Assembly (NCBI GenBank): GCA_965285935.1
Contig: OZ260663.1
Span: 73,718,001 to 73,782,000, forward strand
Reading direction: 5' to 3'
DNA length: 64,000 nt
Source: Ophelia neglecta
Taxonomy: Eukaryota
The stretch's first letter is position 1; every line of letters starts with the position of its first letter. Made by a program: the position numbers and the translations under genes. Below are positions 62,656 through 64,000 of the stretch, in pieces. The notes beneath the pieces were generated by a model that was given only the letters and a program-made list of their open reading frames with translations, was not told the origin of the DNA and made no database searches.

Positions 62656-63539
62656 AGTTGTAAATCCAATTTCATCACTTTACCTACAGTGCCTCAATAA
62701 ATAAATTTTGTTTCGTCAGACGGTCTAAAGCAGTAAATATGAAATTGGTAGCCATTCAGGTTTTCAGTTTAAAACCAACGCTCTTTACTGTCATATAAAA
62801 GTTATCTAACATCAATGATAATATATATAGTGTATAATGAGTGTTGTTGAAGACGATAGCTTGACAAACGAGCATTGTCTTGAGCTCGCTAGTACATATG
62901 GACGCGTGTTTCTGTTTAATAATTCGCCCTCCCCTCTTAATTAAAAAAGCGGCCTAATTGCATATTATATATCAATATTAAGATTACAATTCATATTAGA
63001 GCCTGTCAACAGTTTAAATAGCAAAACAATAGTGAGATAATTTAACGTTAGTTTTCTGTTTAAACAAGACGTTTTTCAATATACACTTTTAAAAATGCAG
63101 ATTGTTATTAGACACTAGATTACTAGTCACTATTTAGGTAAGTACGGATATAAATGAAAATTTGTGCATGAAAGAAAATCTTGAAAAACCAATATGGAGA
63201 TCTTGTTTATATTCATTGGAATGATAAAGAGAATATGTGAAGACATAAGGTGTAAAATTTATGATACTAGTTTTCACCAGTTTCTCACGAAATGTTTATC
63301 AATTTCTGACAGACTTGTCGAGCGACACGAGATCATAGAATATAAAGCCTTTTGTAGCATGAAAGATATGACTATCTAATTTACTATAGTTTATCAACGA
63401 CATTTGCGGAATGTCAAATTCTACAGGTTTGATTTATGTTTAAAATATGAATGTTCTGATATGTACATTTGTTTAAATGGGCTCGTTAAATGGAGCTTTC
63501 TGGTAACTCTAAATTATTGCTTAAACAATGTATAAAAAA

Positions 63540-63990
63540 CTGTGACCTTGGAAATTTCAAACGCCTGTATGTCGGCTGTTTATGAAATGATTTCCGTTAA
63601 ATTTTGCATGAATGAAGCCAGACAGAAGCTCTTTTGATCAATTATAATCTGTTTCACCTACTTTGAAAATTAGACATTGAAAATTTCAAATGGCTATATC
63701 TCAGCCGATTACTGACCGATTTCCGCAAAATTTTGCACGAATGTAGCCAATCAGAAAGTCTTATCTTATTGTCCTCCTTTCAAAATCAAGGTCACACCGT
63801 GAGCTTGAACATTTTAAATGCCTGTATCTCAGCCATTTATTGAACGATAAAATTTGAATGTAGCCAGTTAAAAGGTCTCGGGACTAATCTAATCTGGTTG
63901 ATGTACTTTGAAAAACAAGGCCAGTTAGAAGCTCTTGATCAAAATGCTTCAGTCATCTAGATTTTTTGTTTATTCTTGCTCATCTATATT
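63540..63990. repeat. Degenerate ~128-bp tandem repeat (three copies plus a partial)
   Basis: Units start near 63544, 63673 and 63801 and share AAATTTCAAA...GCCTGTATCTCAGCC...ATTTTGCA(T/C)GAATG(T/A)AGCCA...AGAAGCTCT. Confidence 0.7.
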
Positions 63991-64000
63991 TTGCAGAACT

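Overview
AT-rich eukaryotic genomic DNA with spliceosomal introns; gene and repeat content suggest an invertebrate, probably lophotrochozoan (inference). Host genes are the 5' half of TTC5 (-), CIAO2B/FAM96B (+; complete, 156 aa, with a U12-type AT-AC first intron) head-to-head with TTC5, a complete 943-aa ankyrin/armadillo ANKAR-like gene (-), and the 3' ten exons of an SLC7/LAT-family amino acid transporter (-). The first ~14 kb is a dense patchwork of transposon remnants, almost all on the + strand, plus a 13-copy 68-bp minisatellite. Upstream of the visible SLC7 exons, probably in a large intron, sit a near-intact APE-RT LINE (+) and a young, full-length Ngaro-type tyrosine-recombinase retrotransposon (-; 54997-61441; A1-ORFs-B1-A2-B2 split direct repeats). 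The best candidate for an undescribed system is that element's apparent splicing programme. An intact SGNH hydrolase ORF sits at the 5' end entirely inside a predicted intron whose removal exposes the gag ATG. A second predicted intron joins the gag N-terminus in frame to the ATG-less recombinase. All calls come from reading the sequence; no database search was run.
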